A stretch of DNA of 64,000 nt from Eledone cirrhosa (GCA_964016885.1 OZ024741.1:141298001-141362000); one strand, 5' to 3'. Counted from the first letter of the stretch, positions 1 through 16,704 are shown. Numbers and translations are program-made. The notes: a model not told the origin generated them from the sequence alone.

Positions 1-2652
1 GAGTAAAGTTTCAGCTTTTCTAGTCGACCCCAGTAGTCAAGGTCTGACATGTCATCTATCTTTTTCGTGATTGCCCTTTGGGGAGCTTCAAGTTTCATGA
101 TACTTTGTTTCGTGTGGGGAGACCACAGTGGACAACAGTATTCAAGGTGTGGTCGGGCAAAAGTGGAAAAGAGAAGGATAATGGTGTGGGAACCTCTCGA
201 CTGTAAGGTTCTGAGGATCCAGGAACACATTCTGCGGGCCATGTCAACTTTGCTGCTTATATGCGTGGCCCAGCTTATGTTGCTGTCCACGGTTACTCCC
301 AAGTCTCTAATGTTGTTAGATGCCACGAGAGTTTCACCGGAGGGAAGGGAGTACGGGAGTTTCAGAGCGTCCTCTTTTCCAAAGTGGATCAGTTCGAATT
401 TGTCTCCGTTCAGTAACATGTTCTTTTCCGCCCATTGGGTAACAACCAGTAGGTCTGACTGAAGGCTTATCCGGTCATCCACGCCATTGATGACTTTTTG
501 GAGCTTGGGATCATCAGCGAAGATTCTAATGTTGCTGTGTTTGATGATTTCAGTGATGTCATTAATATAGATGATGGAGAGATGTGGGCCCAACACAGTG
601 CCTTGTGGGACCCCACTATTCATTTGGCTGGGCTGGATTTGACTCCTTCGACTACAACATGTTGGGTTCTGTTTGACAGGAAGCACTTGATCCACTGCAG
701 CAGCTTTCCAGTGACACCAATATTGGACAGCTTTCTCAGTATAATGTTGTGATCAACCCTGTCAAAGGCCTTGCTGAAATCAAGGTAGATAACATCAGTG
801 TTGGAACCCTCTCCCAAGGCTCTCAAAATGTCATCAAAGTGATGCAGTAGCTGCGTCAGCAATCCCTTCCATTACGGAATCCATGCTGGTTGGAGTTCAG
901 CATATTGTTACTCTCAAGGAAGTGAGTCATTCGCGATCTCACCACTCTCTCAAATACCTTAATGATATGAGAGGTGAGTGAGATTGGACGGTAATTCACG
1001 GCAAGGGATTTGTTTCCTTTTTTGAAAACTGGGACAACAGACTGGGATAGAAGGTTTTCTGGCACATATCCAGCATCCAGTGAGTTCTGCCACAGATTGG
1101 CAAGAGGAGATGCAAGTTGGTGTTGACACGCCTTCAAGACACAAGCAGAGAACATATCGGGACCTACTGCTGAATTATGCTTGATTTCCTTTATTGCCGC
1201 TAAGACATCAGGGGCGCCAAACGTTATGTCCGATAAGGTGTAATGGGGAGTAACATCGCCGATACAGCCCAGATCGGCCATATCAGGGTTGCTGAAAACA
1301 GAGCAGTATTGATTCTGCAGTATCTCACCCATGGTTTTAGCATTGTTTTGAAGAGTGCCATTTTCATCAATTAGAGGGCCAACAGTAGAGCCAGTGATTT
1401 TGTGTTTTTTTGCAAATGAAAAGAACACTTTGGGATTGAGTTTGATCTTCTCAATGGCCCAGGCCTCTTCAGCTCTTCTTTGATTGTTTATGATAGACAT
1501 CATATTGTTTTGGAGGTTATGTTTTTTAATCTCTAGTGATGAAATGGCAGTCAAGTTGATGTGTTGCTGCTGACGGTATTTCAGCTTCTTGATTTTTTTG
1601 TTAGTTCTCTTAATTTTCCTGATGAGCGTTTTTCTATTTCGAGGGATTCTGCTCTTAGATTTGTTTATAGTTCTTAATGGGGTGTGTTTTGCACATATGT
1701 TTGTAACAGTGTCCACAAATGTCTGCCAGGACTTTTTGATGTTAGTGGGTGTGTGAGTGTGCGTGAAGGACCAGTCAACATGTGCAAGATCATGACTGAT
1801 CGTTTCCCAGTTTGCATTGTGGAAATCCATAGCGTCAAACGGATGGACAGGAGAGATGACATTGGGTTTGTATATTGGACGGTGGAATCTCAGATCACAG
1901 AGAACCATGTCATGATCAGAGAGTAGAGTTTTCTCCACTGCAATATTGTGGATAGTGTCAGTGTGATTGCTGAAAATTAAGTCTAGGACGTTTTTGTGGC
2001 ACCTCGTTGGTTCGAGCACCAGATGGGACAGGAAGAAATCATCCATGAAATCAAGAAGCGATTCCACTGCTTCCCTGTCAGAGGTTGAGGCAGAAGAACC
2101 TGGTGGCAGGCTGTTTGTGGACCAGTCAACTCCGGGGAGGTTGCAGTCCCCCATCATTAAGATGTTTTCAGGGTGACACTCTTGGATGAAACACTTTATG
2201 CTGTTGAGGCATTCCTTGAAGCATGGTAGAGGCGTTTGGGGTGGCCTATAGAACCCAACTACTATTAGGTTGTTGGTTTGACTGAATACAGCGACTGTTT
2301 CGCAGTATCCATTAGAAAATATGTTCATAGCCTCTGTTGAGAAAGAATTATGGACATAAATGGCAGTCCCACCCTTTCTTCTGCCAGTGCGACCAGCACG
2401 GATGGCTTTGAAATTTTTCAATTTCACCTCGGCTTCCAAGTGGAGGTTACTGAGATGGGTTTCAGTGAGGACGAAGAAAGGGATGTGGTTTGGATGGACA
2501 TCAACCCAGTCCTCCAGGAATTTGAACTTCCATTTTTGAGTATTGGTGGAAGGGCTGATGCTTTGGGCGTTAAGCAAAAATGTTGAGGTGAGAGTGGATG
2601 GTTTTAATTGTTTTGGTGCGTTGTTAATTTGTTTGTTTGTTAATGGCAGCAA
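1..2652 (-). pseudogene. LINE ORF2 (AP endonuclease + reverse transcriptase) with at least 2 frameshifts
   Basis: ORF 856-2652 has NAQSI, ETHL, GGTAIY, YRPP, MGDCNLP, LDLIF, SDH, GPD, YRPISLTS and QHGFR. ORF 620-862 has YLDFSKAFDRVDH. The next frame (about 490-620) reads [11 protein letters not shown]...IFADD. Confidence 0.93.
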
Positions 2653-2867
2653 TGGGAGTTTGTGCAGTGGGGTGATAGTGGAGGGTGGTGCTGGGTGATA
2701 GCTCGAATGTTTTTTTCCAGTTCTTTTGCCAGATTCATTATGGCTAAAAAAGAGGAAGAAGTTTCCTGTTTAGGGGACTCTTGGTGACTGTGGTAGTGGT
2801 TAATTTTATGTAGGTTATGGTTTTTGTTTTTGCTTTTATTTTTATTTTTATTTTTATTTTCATTTGT

Positions 2868-3124
2868 CCGACGAGTCCCCGGGAGATGGGTAAAGGGAAA
2901 TCCCGGTGTAAACACAATCTGTCTCGCTGGGAAAAGCGGCAGATTTGTGGATTCCTTGTTTGAGTTATTGGTGGTTGTGTTGGTATTAAATTAGAGTATG
3001 TATTATGGTGGTGGCTGTTGTTTGTGGGGATAGACCGTTTTGTCCTAGGTAAATGGGTGAATTTGTAGCCACTATCCGTACATATTCTATAGCGTAGAGA
3101 GTAGCGGCAAATGATGGGGTTTCG
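2868..3124 (-). pseudogene. LINE ORF1 remnant with two tandem degenerate CCCH-like motifs
   Basis: 3035-3124 translates RNPIICRYSLRYRICTDSGYKFTHLPRTKR. 2868-2956 translates RNPQICRFSQRDRLCLHRD/FPFTHLPGTRR with one frameshift. Confidence 0.6.
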
Positions 3125-3265
3125 AGTGGGTGTGTATGTGTGTGTGTTGTGAGAGGTGTAGATGATAGTTTGAGTACGTTTTGACGACCCTTGTGGGCTG
3201 TGGGAGGGAGAGTTCTTGTACTGGTATTAGGAAGTAAATTCCTTGAGATAGCAGTAGGCAAAGAT

Positions 3266-3345
<80 letters not shown>

Positions 3346-3355
3346 TGTAGTAGTA
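3266..3355. repeat. (TAG)n microsatellite
   Basis: Directly visible. Confidence 0.98.
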
Positions 3356-3832
3356 ATCTATGAATTGCACTGAGTTACCATTTATAGTGATAAGCAGTGT
3401 ATTGTCTTGTAGTGTGGGGGAAGAGAAGGTGGTTAGCTAGAAAGCGTGCAATTCATAGATTACTACTACAAACCCAAAGTTCACTCAACACATAAACTTC
3501 GTCTGTCCCCTCTCTACCTCTCTCTCTACATCCATTACACACTCTCTCTCTCGCCTTTGGCCTCCCTCCCTCTCCACATCTATGAACCTGCCCTCCGGGG
3601 CAATAAATAATTCCGACCTTAACTATCAACGCATCTCTCCAAAAGTAACCAGTATAATAAACCCCTACCATAACATTTTGATTAAGGTATCTACAAACCA
3701 CTCTCTCCTACTTCTCCAAACCCTGCATATCTTTCTCTCTCTCCCTCTCCCCTACTTTTCTCTCTTCCTTTTCTACTCTATCTTCCCCAAGAACCCCACT
3801 TAAGGGTATTTACATTGTACATTTTACCATTC

Positions 3833-3944
3833 TGCTCTGAGGATACAGTGGTCACAGCATTGGATATTTGAATTCTGCAAGTACTTGTAAATTTGCACAT
3901 AGCATAACTAGGCTGTAGTACCACCGTGGAAACATTTGTAAGCA
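3833..3944 (+). ncRNA. Type I hammerhead ribozyme motif with extended stem II, probably a PLE terminal repeat
   Basis: tgct-CTGAGGA-tacagtggt...accaccgtg-GAA-AC-attt-GT-A-agca, then AATAAA at 3950 and (TA)n. Confidence 0.7.
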
Positions 3945-3991
3945 CACGGAATAAATTACATTTTTATGATGTCTACCTGTTATTATTCATT

Positions 3992-4038
<47 letters not shown>

Positions 4039-4062
4039 CGATGTATATATATATATATATAT

Positions 4063-4123
<61 letters not shown>

Positions 4124-4397
4124 GATGTATATATATATACAATGTATATGTATATATATATATATATATGAATATTGCAATCTTGACTGTCACCACTGAA
4201 TATGAATCAGAAGATTGCGAAAGCATGAAAGTACTTGTTCAATTAACATTTAACACTTACAATTCTACCATACTATTTCATTATAAAATCATTATAATTT
4301 TAAAGGATCGTAAATAAAACGTGTAAATCAGTCACGGTTGGAATTCCTTTTATTAATATAATCTTCTATACACAATCATACACACCCGTGTATATTC

Positions 4398-4451
<54 letters not shown>

Positions 4452-4453
<2 letters not shown>

Positions 4454-4699
4454 GATATATTAACAAATGGAAACTATATTTATAAAACCATATTTATTTC
4501 ATTATACATATTTCAAGGACACCAAGTCAAATTACGGTGCGCTTTCATCAGATAAAATATAATATAGATCAGTTTTATAAATAAATATTGACATACCCTT
4601 AAAAAATGAGACCATTTCTGTTGGAATCTCCCGGATAGTCTATCCGGGAGCTTCCAACAATATTTGCTTGTTGTATCCCAACAATTAAAATATAACTTC

Positions 4700-4700
<1 letters not shown>
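4452..4700 (-). mobile_element. Short PLE 3'-terminal fragment (same family as 6811-10178) between (TA)n tracts
   Basis: Homologous to 6811-6996, contains a hammerhead, and ends in a 20-bp-arm hairpin at 4619-4659. Confidence 0.75.
4495..4559 (-). ncRNA. Hammerhead ribozyme motif, family A copy 1
   Basis: TATTTTAT-CTGATGA-AAGCGCACCG-loop10-TGGTGTCCTT-GAA-AT-ATGT-AT-A-ATGAAATA, with an 8-bp stem I and an AUA cleavage triplet. Confidence 0.8.
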
Positions 4701-4755
<55 letters not shown>

Positions 4756-4823
4756 TTCGTTATTCCGGGTTGAATCGGAGGTAACCACAGTAGGTAAGGT
4801 ACTCAATACATTGCAGAGTATAA

Positions 4824-4948
4824 AAGTTTTAATATAGATGAGATTCTACAGGACTAGAACTGTTTCATTCTTTAGAAATCATCAGGAAACTGCTGATTTC
4901 TAAAGAATGAAACAGTTCTAGTCCTGTAGAATCTCATCTATATTAAAA

Positions 4949-4951
<3 letters not shown>
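4824..4951. repeat. Perfect 58-bp-arm inverted repeat containing a hammerhead core
   Basis: Arms 4824-4881 and 4894-4951. Minus strand reads CTGATGA-tttctaaagaat-GAAACAGTTC; stem I is not resolved. Confidence 0.85.
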
Positions 4952-5020
<69 letters not shown>

Positions 5021-5157
5021 ATGTGTGTATATATATATATATATATTTATATATACAATGGATATATATATATATACATACAATATATATATACAATGTA
5101 TATAGATATATGTACCTATATATACAATGTATATATACATATATATACATACATATA

Positions 5158-5236
<79 letters not shown>

Positions 5237-5247
5237 CATACATTGTA

Positions 5248-5294
<47 letters not shown>

Positions 5295-5385
5295 TGAAAA
5301 ATACTAATTAGTATTTTTAAACCTAGCTAACTTGGTCATTTGCAATTCGAACACACGTATACTTGTGTCGGTATTCATCCCTCTC

Positions 5386-5455
<70 letters not shown>

Positions 5456-5509
5456 CGTTTCTGAATTTGTTTAGCAAGATTCTTTATCTGAAATCGTGTG
5501 TTGTAACCG

Positions 5510-6443
5510 ATATTGTTTTACTTTGGGAGGGTCATGTTGCCAATAAGAAAGGGCCCTAATTTAGAAGGGCCCTAAATAATCATAAACTCAATATTAAGAT
5601 AGTAGAAAGACCAGGTACCTCCGTAAAAACACTTATTAGCAAGACATACCCTTTTCAAAGACCCTCATGTATAGATAAGAAATGTATAACCTGTAAATAA
5701 GCCCCCATATTAACTGTAAAACTAGAAATGTAGTGTATAGCATAAGATGTACTGAAGGACAATGTAGAGACAAAAATATAGTGTACATAGGTGAGACAGC
5801 CCGTAGTGTAGGGGAACGGATAAATGAACACTGGCGAGACCTTCAAGATAGTAAAGAATCATCTGTACTCTACCAACATGCTAAAATAGAACACAAGGGT
5901 AAATTAGAGAACATAGAAATAAAAATAGAATCTACACACAGAAAAGACGCAATGTTTAGACAAATTACAGAGGCAATAAACATAAAAGAATTACAACCAA
6001 AATTAAATAGAAAATATGAGTGGAACAGCAACATCACAACTTACAACTAAGGACAACATGAAAACACACATACACATAGAAAAAACAACCAACCAGTAAC
6101 ATGTAAATAAACAAATAAATAAATGAACATAAACGCACACAGACACCTGGATGTGGCGCATGCGCAGACTGAACACACAACACACACACAAAAACAAAAT
6201 GGCGTAGGACAGAACAAAGGAGAGGCACAGAAACAAAGAAAGGAATCCCCAGTCACTGAAGAGGTCACAGAGTGTGTGACGAAAGAACTATGACTATATA
6301 TAAACAACTATCTGGTTGTGGAACCAACCAACCAACCAGAAATTTATAAATTTATAAATTTATTATAAATTTATTATAATAAATTGAAGTGAAAGCAACT
6401 GGTGCGTGTGTTTCTTATTGGCAACATGACCCTCCCAAAGTAT

Positions 6444-6451
<8 letters not shown>
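5510..6451 (+). mobile_element. 5'-truncated Penelope-like element (GIY-YIG end + terminal repeat) with inverted 41-bp tail copy
   Basis: ORF 5733-6050 VYSIRC...YIGETARSVGERINEH...ITEAINI...PKLN is a GIY-YIG domain. 5510-5550 is the reverse complement of 6411-6451 with 1 mismatch. Confidence 0.88.
6251..6295 (+). ncRNA. Hammerhead motif, family B
   Basis: agtca-CTGAAGA-g-gtcac-agagtgt-gtgac-GAA-AG-aa-CT-A-tgact, with one extra nucleotide after the core. Confidence 0.7.
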
Positions 6452-6507
<56 letters not shown>

Positions 6508-6520
6508 TGTATATATATAT

Positions 6521-6724
6521 ATGTGAGAAAAACCACAGACCCTCCATCTAAACTCTACTTTTGAAGAGCAGAAGAACTGCGAAACCGGTAAAGGAACCAA
6601 ATAAATATATATATTTTTTTTAAATAAGACTCTAGTTGCTTTTTCGCTTTCAGCTTTTTTTCTTTATACTTTCACTCGTGTAGTACACCTCGGTTATTTT
6701 TTCCTTTTGTAAAAAAAACCTCAC

Positions 6725-6732
<8 letters not shown>
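6521..6732 (+). mobile_element. Solo terminal-repeat fragment of the Neptune-like PLE at 61923-64000, hammerhead family C at 6558-6593
   Basis: Near-identical to the reverse complement of 61923-62140 and to 45345-45540. Motif: ctt-TTGAAGA-gcag-aagaa-ctgc-GAA-AC-cg-GT-A-aag. Confidence 0.85.
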
Positions 6733-6810
<78 letters not shown>

Positions 6811-6812
<2 letters not shown>

Positions 6813-9800
6813 GATATTAATAAATGGAAACTATATTTATAAAACCATATTTATTTCATTATACATATTTCAGGGATACCAAATTAAAATATGGTATGCC
6901 TTCATCAGACAAAATACAATATATAAACAGTTTTATAAATAATTTTGACGTACCCTATTAAATGCAACCATTATTTTTGGGAGCTGTCTGGATAGTGAAA
7001 TTTTTATATTATTTTATTAGTTATAGTGTTAAGCACAATTAGAAAAAGACGGAGAGAAAGAAAGAAAAAAGCGGAGAGAGAGAAGGAGAGAGAAAGAAGG
7101 AGAAAGAGAAAAAGAAAACCCGGAGAAATATCGGAGAAAGAGAGAAATGTATGTAGAAAAGAAAGAGATAAATAGATAGGAGGAAATAAAATAGAAAGAA
7201 GAAAAAAGGAAGAAATCAGAAAAACAAAGGAAAGCAACAGAGAGATAATAAGTCATCATACAGATAAAAAAAACTCAAGAGAGAGAAAATACTATATAGA
7301 GATTCAGTTGAGTTAACAATTTATATGAAATGAATAATAAAAATATAAATATCAATATTCATGAATGGCGCATAGATATATAATATGAGAAAATAATATT
7401 GTTCAATAATGACCATATGTTTAGTTTAAAAACTTGAGATCAATATACCAAAATCTGAGTTAAATCTTTCAAAAAGTACCCTATTTATAAAAATCAGGAT
7501 ACAAATATGTATATATATATACACACATATGTACGTCCTGAAAATAGAAATTATGTCTACTCAAGTCAATAATATAGACACACAAAGCGCAAATGATTTC
7601 ACTTGATCACTGCTATACAATCCTTGTGTTATGAAAAGTTCACAGTATATATACATAAATATACGATTAATATTCATGTCCTCATATATACGATTGGCGT
7701 TCATGTATTTAATATTATGCATATCTGCAACATACATCACATATACACACACACATATATACACATACATATGTATAAATAAATATCTGCGTGAGTCCTC
7801 CAGCATCGCTCATGTATATATACAGACATATATACAAACACATAAATAGACCCTATAACACTTTTATATGCATGTTAATACACACATATGGCATTTGTAT
7901 AGAGATAATCAAATATCAATATATTAATATAGAAATATCAAAGCATTAAATATCTTTAAAACACTATAGAGTATCTCAAGTTAAAATAATATGTTTTATA
8001 TATTTAGTATAGAAATGTATCCTACCTATATCTCAAACAAGATATTGAAAGGGTAGACTTATGAAAGTTATTAGAAGCTATCAGAGTCAAAACAAATTAA
8101 AAAATAAAAATAATTTAAAAGATTTAGAAGACCCAGTGATTCTACGGATAACCTTATATTTAGTATAGAAATTTATCTTACGTATATTTTATTTAATATA
8201 TTGGGAGCATATACATTTTAGAGTAGTTTATTATATCCTTGTTTATATTTAGGAAGAAAGTTTAAAATGAAAAAGGTGAAGGAATCCAATGATTTATCGA
8301 CAGGTTTCATATATTAACTAAATTTCTGAATTAATTATACTACATTTTAAATTCATATTTATATTTAAACGTTGAGTTCAATCTATGTCTGCAGCAACTG
8401 AATAAATTGCTCCTTAAATTAAGGGAATTCTTGGACTTTAATATAAAGAATATTTCTTCTATACAAAGATCACAATTTTCTGAAGAGGAATTAAAAGGAG
8501 TACCTTATGAAATAATATTCCAATTCATCGAATATTTAATATTATCTCGTTGAAGGTGCCAGAGAAGGCTAGATTGCGAAGTTGAAGATTTTTTGTTTGG
8601 ATCTGTGAAATGATTATTGAAGCGAAGTTTAAATTCTGTCGAGGTGGAACCAACATAGTTGAAAGAATTTAAATTAGTTTTAACATTACAATTGTACACT
8701 ATATTTTTAGCTAAGCAGTTGTTATTTAACGGACAGTTAGATTTATTTCTACAGTTACAGTTATTTAATTGAATATTGTTTGGGTTATTATTGGTATTTT
8801 GGTTAGGTTTTAAATTCCTATTATTAATTCTATTAGTATTTTGTGCTAAATTTTTGGTGGACGAGTAAGTTAATTTTATAGTGTGTCTATTAAAATTTGA
8901 GTAATATTTATGTGTTCTAGGGAAGCGTTTGTCAAGAGCATTAAAGAATAGTTTAGCAATATGGGTTTTAATATTTAGTGAGAAAGGGAGGGCAAACCAT
9001 AATATATTTCTAGTTCTATTTCTTTTTCCGCTTTTGGAATTATTGTAATGTTTTCTATTATAGTTGTTAAATTTGTTACCGTAATTGAAATTGTTATTAT
9101 TTTGGTTAGTTTGCTTATTATTATTATTATCGATGTATTTAATTTTATCTCTATATCCTGCTCTACCTCACGCTTCATTGTAATACTGCGCTTTTTCATC
9201 AAAAATATTTTTATTAGATGAAATTCTTGAAATTCGTTCTTGAACAGAGTTCACTATAGTATTTTTAGTAGATCTGGGGTGATTAGAGTTAAAATTGACA
9301 TAATTAAAGTTCTCATTTAGTTTGTGAAATGGATAATGAAGACATGTGTTGAGATTTAGTGTTACATCCAGAAAATTATATATATATATATATATATATA
9401 GGCGATATTATGGGAAGGAAATTTCTCTTTAAGGGTGTGGAGAAGGAATAATCCTACTAAGTCACACACATCCGCAGTCATATGAACCCATTGCAACATC
9501 AAAAGAGTTTTCAGGGCTTGACGTTTTAACCCAAATACTTTCATTAGTAAAGAGTAGAGTTTTCCTAGCATGAAAGATAATGTCTTCCTCTAATTTAGAA
9601 ATATTAATGAAAGGTCTTGCAAAATCTAAGGCTTTAGTTAATAAGGTAACAGTAATAGAGGGGTAAAAATCAACAATATCAAATTGTGTAAATCTACACT
9701 TATTTTTACCCTGTATATTATTAAACCAAGAAATAACAGAGGATGTATTTAACCATTGTGATATGTCAGTCCTAGTTCTAATTTGGAGAATTATTTTTCT

Positions 9801-10177
9801 TAAGATTTTTTTACTTGCAAGGCCAACTTCGGATTTAGTCGGGTTAATCAGTCTACAGCTAGGTCGATCAGTAAAGTCTAATTTATGGTCTTTAAGGGTA
9901 ATATATGCTTTAAGTTTAGCTAGGCTTTCAATCCGGTTGTCTATTTTTAAAGAACTAGCTAGTTCTTTAGCTTCTCTATTAATAGTATTGTGGGTGTTAT
10001 TGTTAGCTAATTGATATTTGTTGGTGATAGTATTAGTTAAAAGTTGGTTATACAAAATACTATTAACTTCAAAGAGATTTTTAGTTTTATCGGGAAGAAC
10101 AAAATTGTTTGTAGAATTTTTAAAATTAGAAATATCGTTAGAAAGTATAGTTTGAAAGTTATTATTGTACTTACGAA

Positions 10178-10178
<1 letters not shown>
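6811..10178 (-). mobile_element. Degraded Penelope-like element: RT, GIY-YIG, long AT-rich 3' region, terminal hammerhead
   Basis: RT motifs DKT, CRLINPTKSEVG, FDIVDFYPSI, FDVAMGSYD (9462-10178) and NFLDVTLNL. GIY-YIG (about 8350-8770) CNC...CPLNNNCL...IVY...YVGSTSTEFKLRFNNH...CDLC. Stops, frameshifts and deletions present. Confidence 0.9.
6852..6916 (-). ncRNA. Hammerhead ribozyme motif, family A copy 2
   Basis: TATTTTGT-CTGATGA-AGGCATACCA-loop10-TGGTATCCCT-GAA-AT-ATGT-AT-A-ATGAAATA. Confidence 0.82.
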
Positions 10179-10221
<43 letters not shown>

Positions 10222-10224
<3 letters not shown>

Positions 10225-10485
10225 TGTATTTGTAAAGCCAAAACAATGCAGGTATGCACATAGAATATAAATGCAAATGCAAAAGATATTGTTGACAATT
10301 AGTCTTTTACCTTAAATTTATTTAAATATCCTTAATTTTCGAGATAATATCTCTTCTACGGAAGGAAGTAAAGCGGTTAAACCAGTGTTCTAAATAGCTT
10401 GCCAAGTCATGCCTACAATATCTTTTGCATTTGCATTTATATTCTATGTCCATACGTGCATTGTTTTGGCTTTACAAATACAAAC
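10222..10485. repeat. Small fold-back element, 71-bp inverted arms
   Basis: 10222-10292 vs 10415-10485 are reverse complements with about 2 mismatches, between (TA)n tracts. Confidence 0.8.
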
Positions 10486-10532
10486 GTTTATACCTCATTA
10501 CACAATGCTTCAAGTGAATTATAACTTCCTCC

Positions 10533-10643
<111 letters not shown>

Positions 10644-10658
10644 ATGTGTGTCAATATA

Positions 10659-14227
<3,569 letters not shown>

Positions 14228-14382
14228 TTAAGGATACTATTTAAGGTTATGTATATACTAAAACCTTTTATAGTTATATATATTTTAAACCTTAAATAGT
14301 GAAAGATAGTAATTTATTACTACCTTATTACCATTAAGATAAATAGCTCAATGTAACAACATCAGTTGTTTTACAGAGCAGT

Positions 14383-15179
14383 TATATAGAAATTACATGA
14401 ATCAATGTTCTGTTTAAATCATTTATTTGCTTACAATTGTTTCTTCCAAACCGAGGTTTGGAGTCTTCGGAGCAATTATTCAGTGATTTTTTACATACTT
14501 GATCTCCTTTCCAACAGAAGAGACATATAGAAACATATGTATATATTGACGCACAGTGGGTTGACATCCATTATAATAATATAGCATGGCAATTTATATA
14601 CAAAGATTGCAGTCATATTAAAGGACAAAATTAAAGTTAAAATTAAAATTAAAATAAAACATTGGCAGTTTACGAAGATAAAGCAAGAGGATAGTTTGAA
14701 GTAGCCAGTGTATGCAACAGTCACACGTGAGGCATGCACGCGTGTCCTATTTCTACAAGATTACAGTGCGGCAGAGTGTTACATGTAATACAAGCAGTCA
14801 AAGCGGGCAATCAAAAGCATCATGAGGGCTCTACTGGTAAAGCATTTTTCACACATACATGTGGCTACTTCAAATTATCCTCTTGCTTTATCTTCGTAAA
14901 CTGCCAATGTTTTATTTTAATTTTGATTTTAACTTTAATTTTGTCCTTTAATATGACTGTAATCTTTGTATGTAAATTGCCATGCTATATTATTATAATG
15001 GATTTCAACCAACCGTGCGTCAATATATACATATGTTTCTATATGTCTCTTGTGTTGGAAAGGAGGTCAAGTATGTAAAAAATCACTGATAATTGCTCCG
15101 AAGACTCCAAACCTCGATTTGGAAGAAACAATTGTGAGCAAATAAAGGATTTAAACAGAACTTTGATTCATGTAATTTC

Positions 15180-15185
<6 letters not shown>
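14383..15185. mobile_element. Inverted pair of about 325-bp PLE-type terminal repeats, each with an outward-facing hammerhead
   Basis: Arms 14383-14707 / 14862-15185. Hammerheads at 14427-14475(-) and 15093-15141(+), each followed by AATAAA. Confidence 0.8.
14427..14475 (-). ncRNA. Hammerhead motif, family D (U4C core variant)
   Basis: ttgct-CCGAAGA-c-tccaaacc-tc-ggtttgga-a-GAA-AC-aatt-GT-A-agcaa. Confidence 0.7.
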
Positions 15186-15216
<31 letters not shown>

Positions 15217-15224
15217 GTACATGT

Positions 15225-15349
<125 letters not shown>

Positions 15350-15506
15350 CATGTATATATATATATATACATATATATATATACATATATATATATATTT
15401 ATATATATACATATATATATATATATATACATATATATATACATATATATATATATACATATATATATTTACACATATATATACACACACATATATATAT
15501 ATACAC

Positions 15507-15606
<100 letters not shown>

Positions 15607-15612
15607 TGTGTA

Positions 15613-15996
15613 TAAATAAATAAAATCAATGAATAAAAACAAAGAAACTGTTCCTTGTATTTAAAAAATCATCATTTTACGATAGTTTCTAGGATATATA
15701 TGTGTGTGTTGGTATGTATATCATATAGATCTATGTAAAAAATTTACGAACTATCAGAGGAAATATACATACCTACACATATATATACTGTCTCCAGAAA
15801 TAATCATTATTTCTGGAGACAGCATATATATGTGTAGGTATGTATATTTCCTCTGATAGTTTGTGAAATATTTACATAGATCTATATGATATACATACCA
15901 ACACACATATATATATCCTAGAAACGATCGTAAAATGATGAATTTTTTAATATAAGGAACTGTTTCTTTGTTTTTATTCATTGTTTTATTTATTTA
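15613..15996. repeat. Fold-back hairpin, about 190-bp arms, 1-nt spacer at 15805
   Basis: ...ctgtctccagaaataat-c-attatttctggagacag...; the arms are homologous to 12380-12480. Confidence 0.9.
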
Positions 15997-16002
15997 TATA
16001 CA

Positions 16003-16036
<34 letters not shown>

Positions 16037-16211
16037 TGTGTGTATATATATATTTATGTATATTATATATATAATATATATATATGTATATATATATATG
16101 TATTTATATATATATATATACAATGTATATATATATATATACACACTGTATATATATGTATATGTATATATATATACAATGTATATATATATATATATAT
16201 ATATATACACA

Positions 16212-16248
<37 letters not shown>

Positions 16249-16271
16249 ATATATATATATATATATACACA

Positions 16272-16319
<48 letters not shown>

Positions 16320-16565
16320 TAAAACTCGTATGACTCTAAAACCCGGTCCGTCTGTGTGGTTACATACAGACTAGCTGACACTCACTGTAAAGTGTCTAGT
16401 GAAAAACTCAGTACATGTACATATGTATACATGTGTGTATTTATATGCATACTAATACTTCCGTATACATATGTAGATGTACACTTTAACTTAATTGTTT
16501 AAGCGTCAGTGATACAAAAGTGAGTTAGAAGCGAAACGAAATTTAATTTCGTTTCGTTATTTGTT
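16320..16565 (+). repeat. Interspersed repeat (probable PLE tail), homologous to 29078-29780
   Basis: Reverse-complement match to 29475-29716, including the hairpin cgaaacgaaatttaatttcgtttcg. Confidence 0.75.
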
Positions 16566-16613
16566 TTTACATATATATACATATATGTATAAAAATATAT
16601 ATACACATATATG

Positions 16614-16703
<90 letters not shown>

Positions 16704-16704
<1 letters not shown>

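Larger units (their letters stand above)
1..3265 (-). mobile_element. APE/RT non-LTR retrotransposon (CR1/L2/Jockey group), frameshifted, continues off left edge
   Basis: Minus-strand APE and RT motifs spread over three frames, with an ORF1 remnant upstream. The upstream boundary is uncertain and is placed at the (TAG)n tract. Confidence 0.9.

Noticed and set aside
4190-4235. CTGAATA...aatc/gatt...GAAAGCATG hammerhead-like string
   Set aside because: Core mismatch and no stem I or cleavage triplet.
10179-10298. Signal-peptide-like N-terminus of ORF 9462-10298
   Set aside because: It comes from an unrelated fold-back repeat read through a TA tract into the PLE RT.
15843-15940. GAAACGATCGTA palindromic stem-III-like motif
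   Set aside because: No acceptable CUGANGA core upstream.
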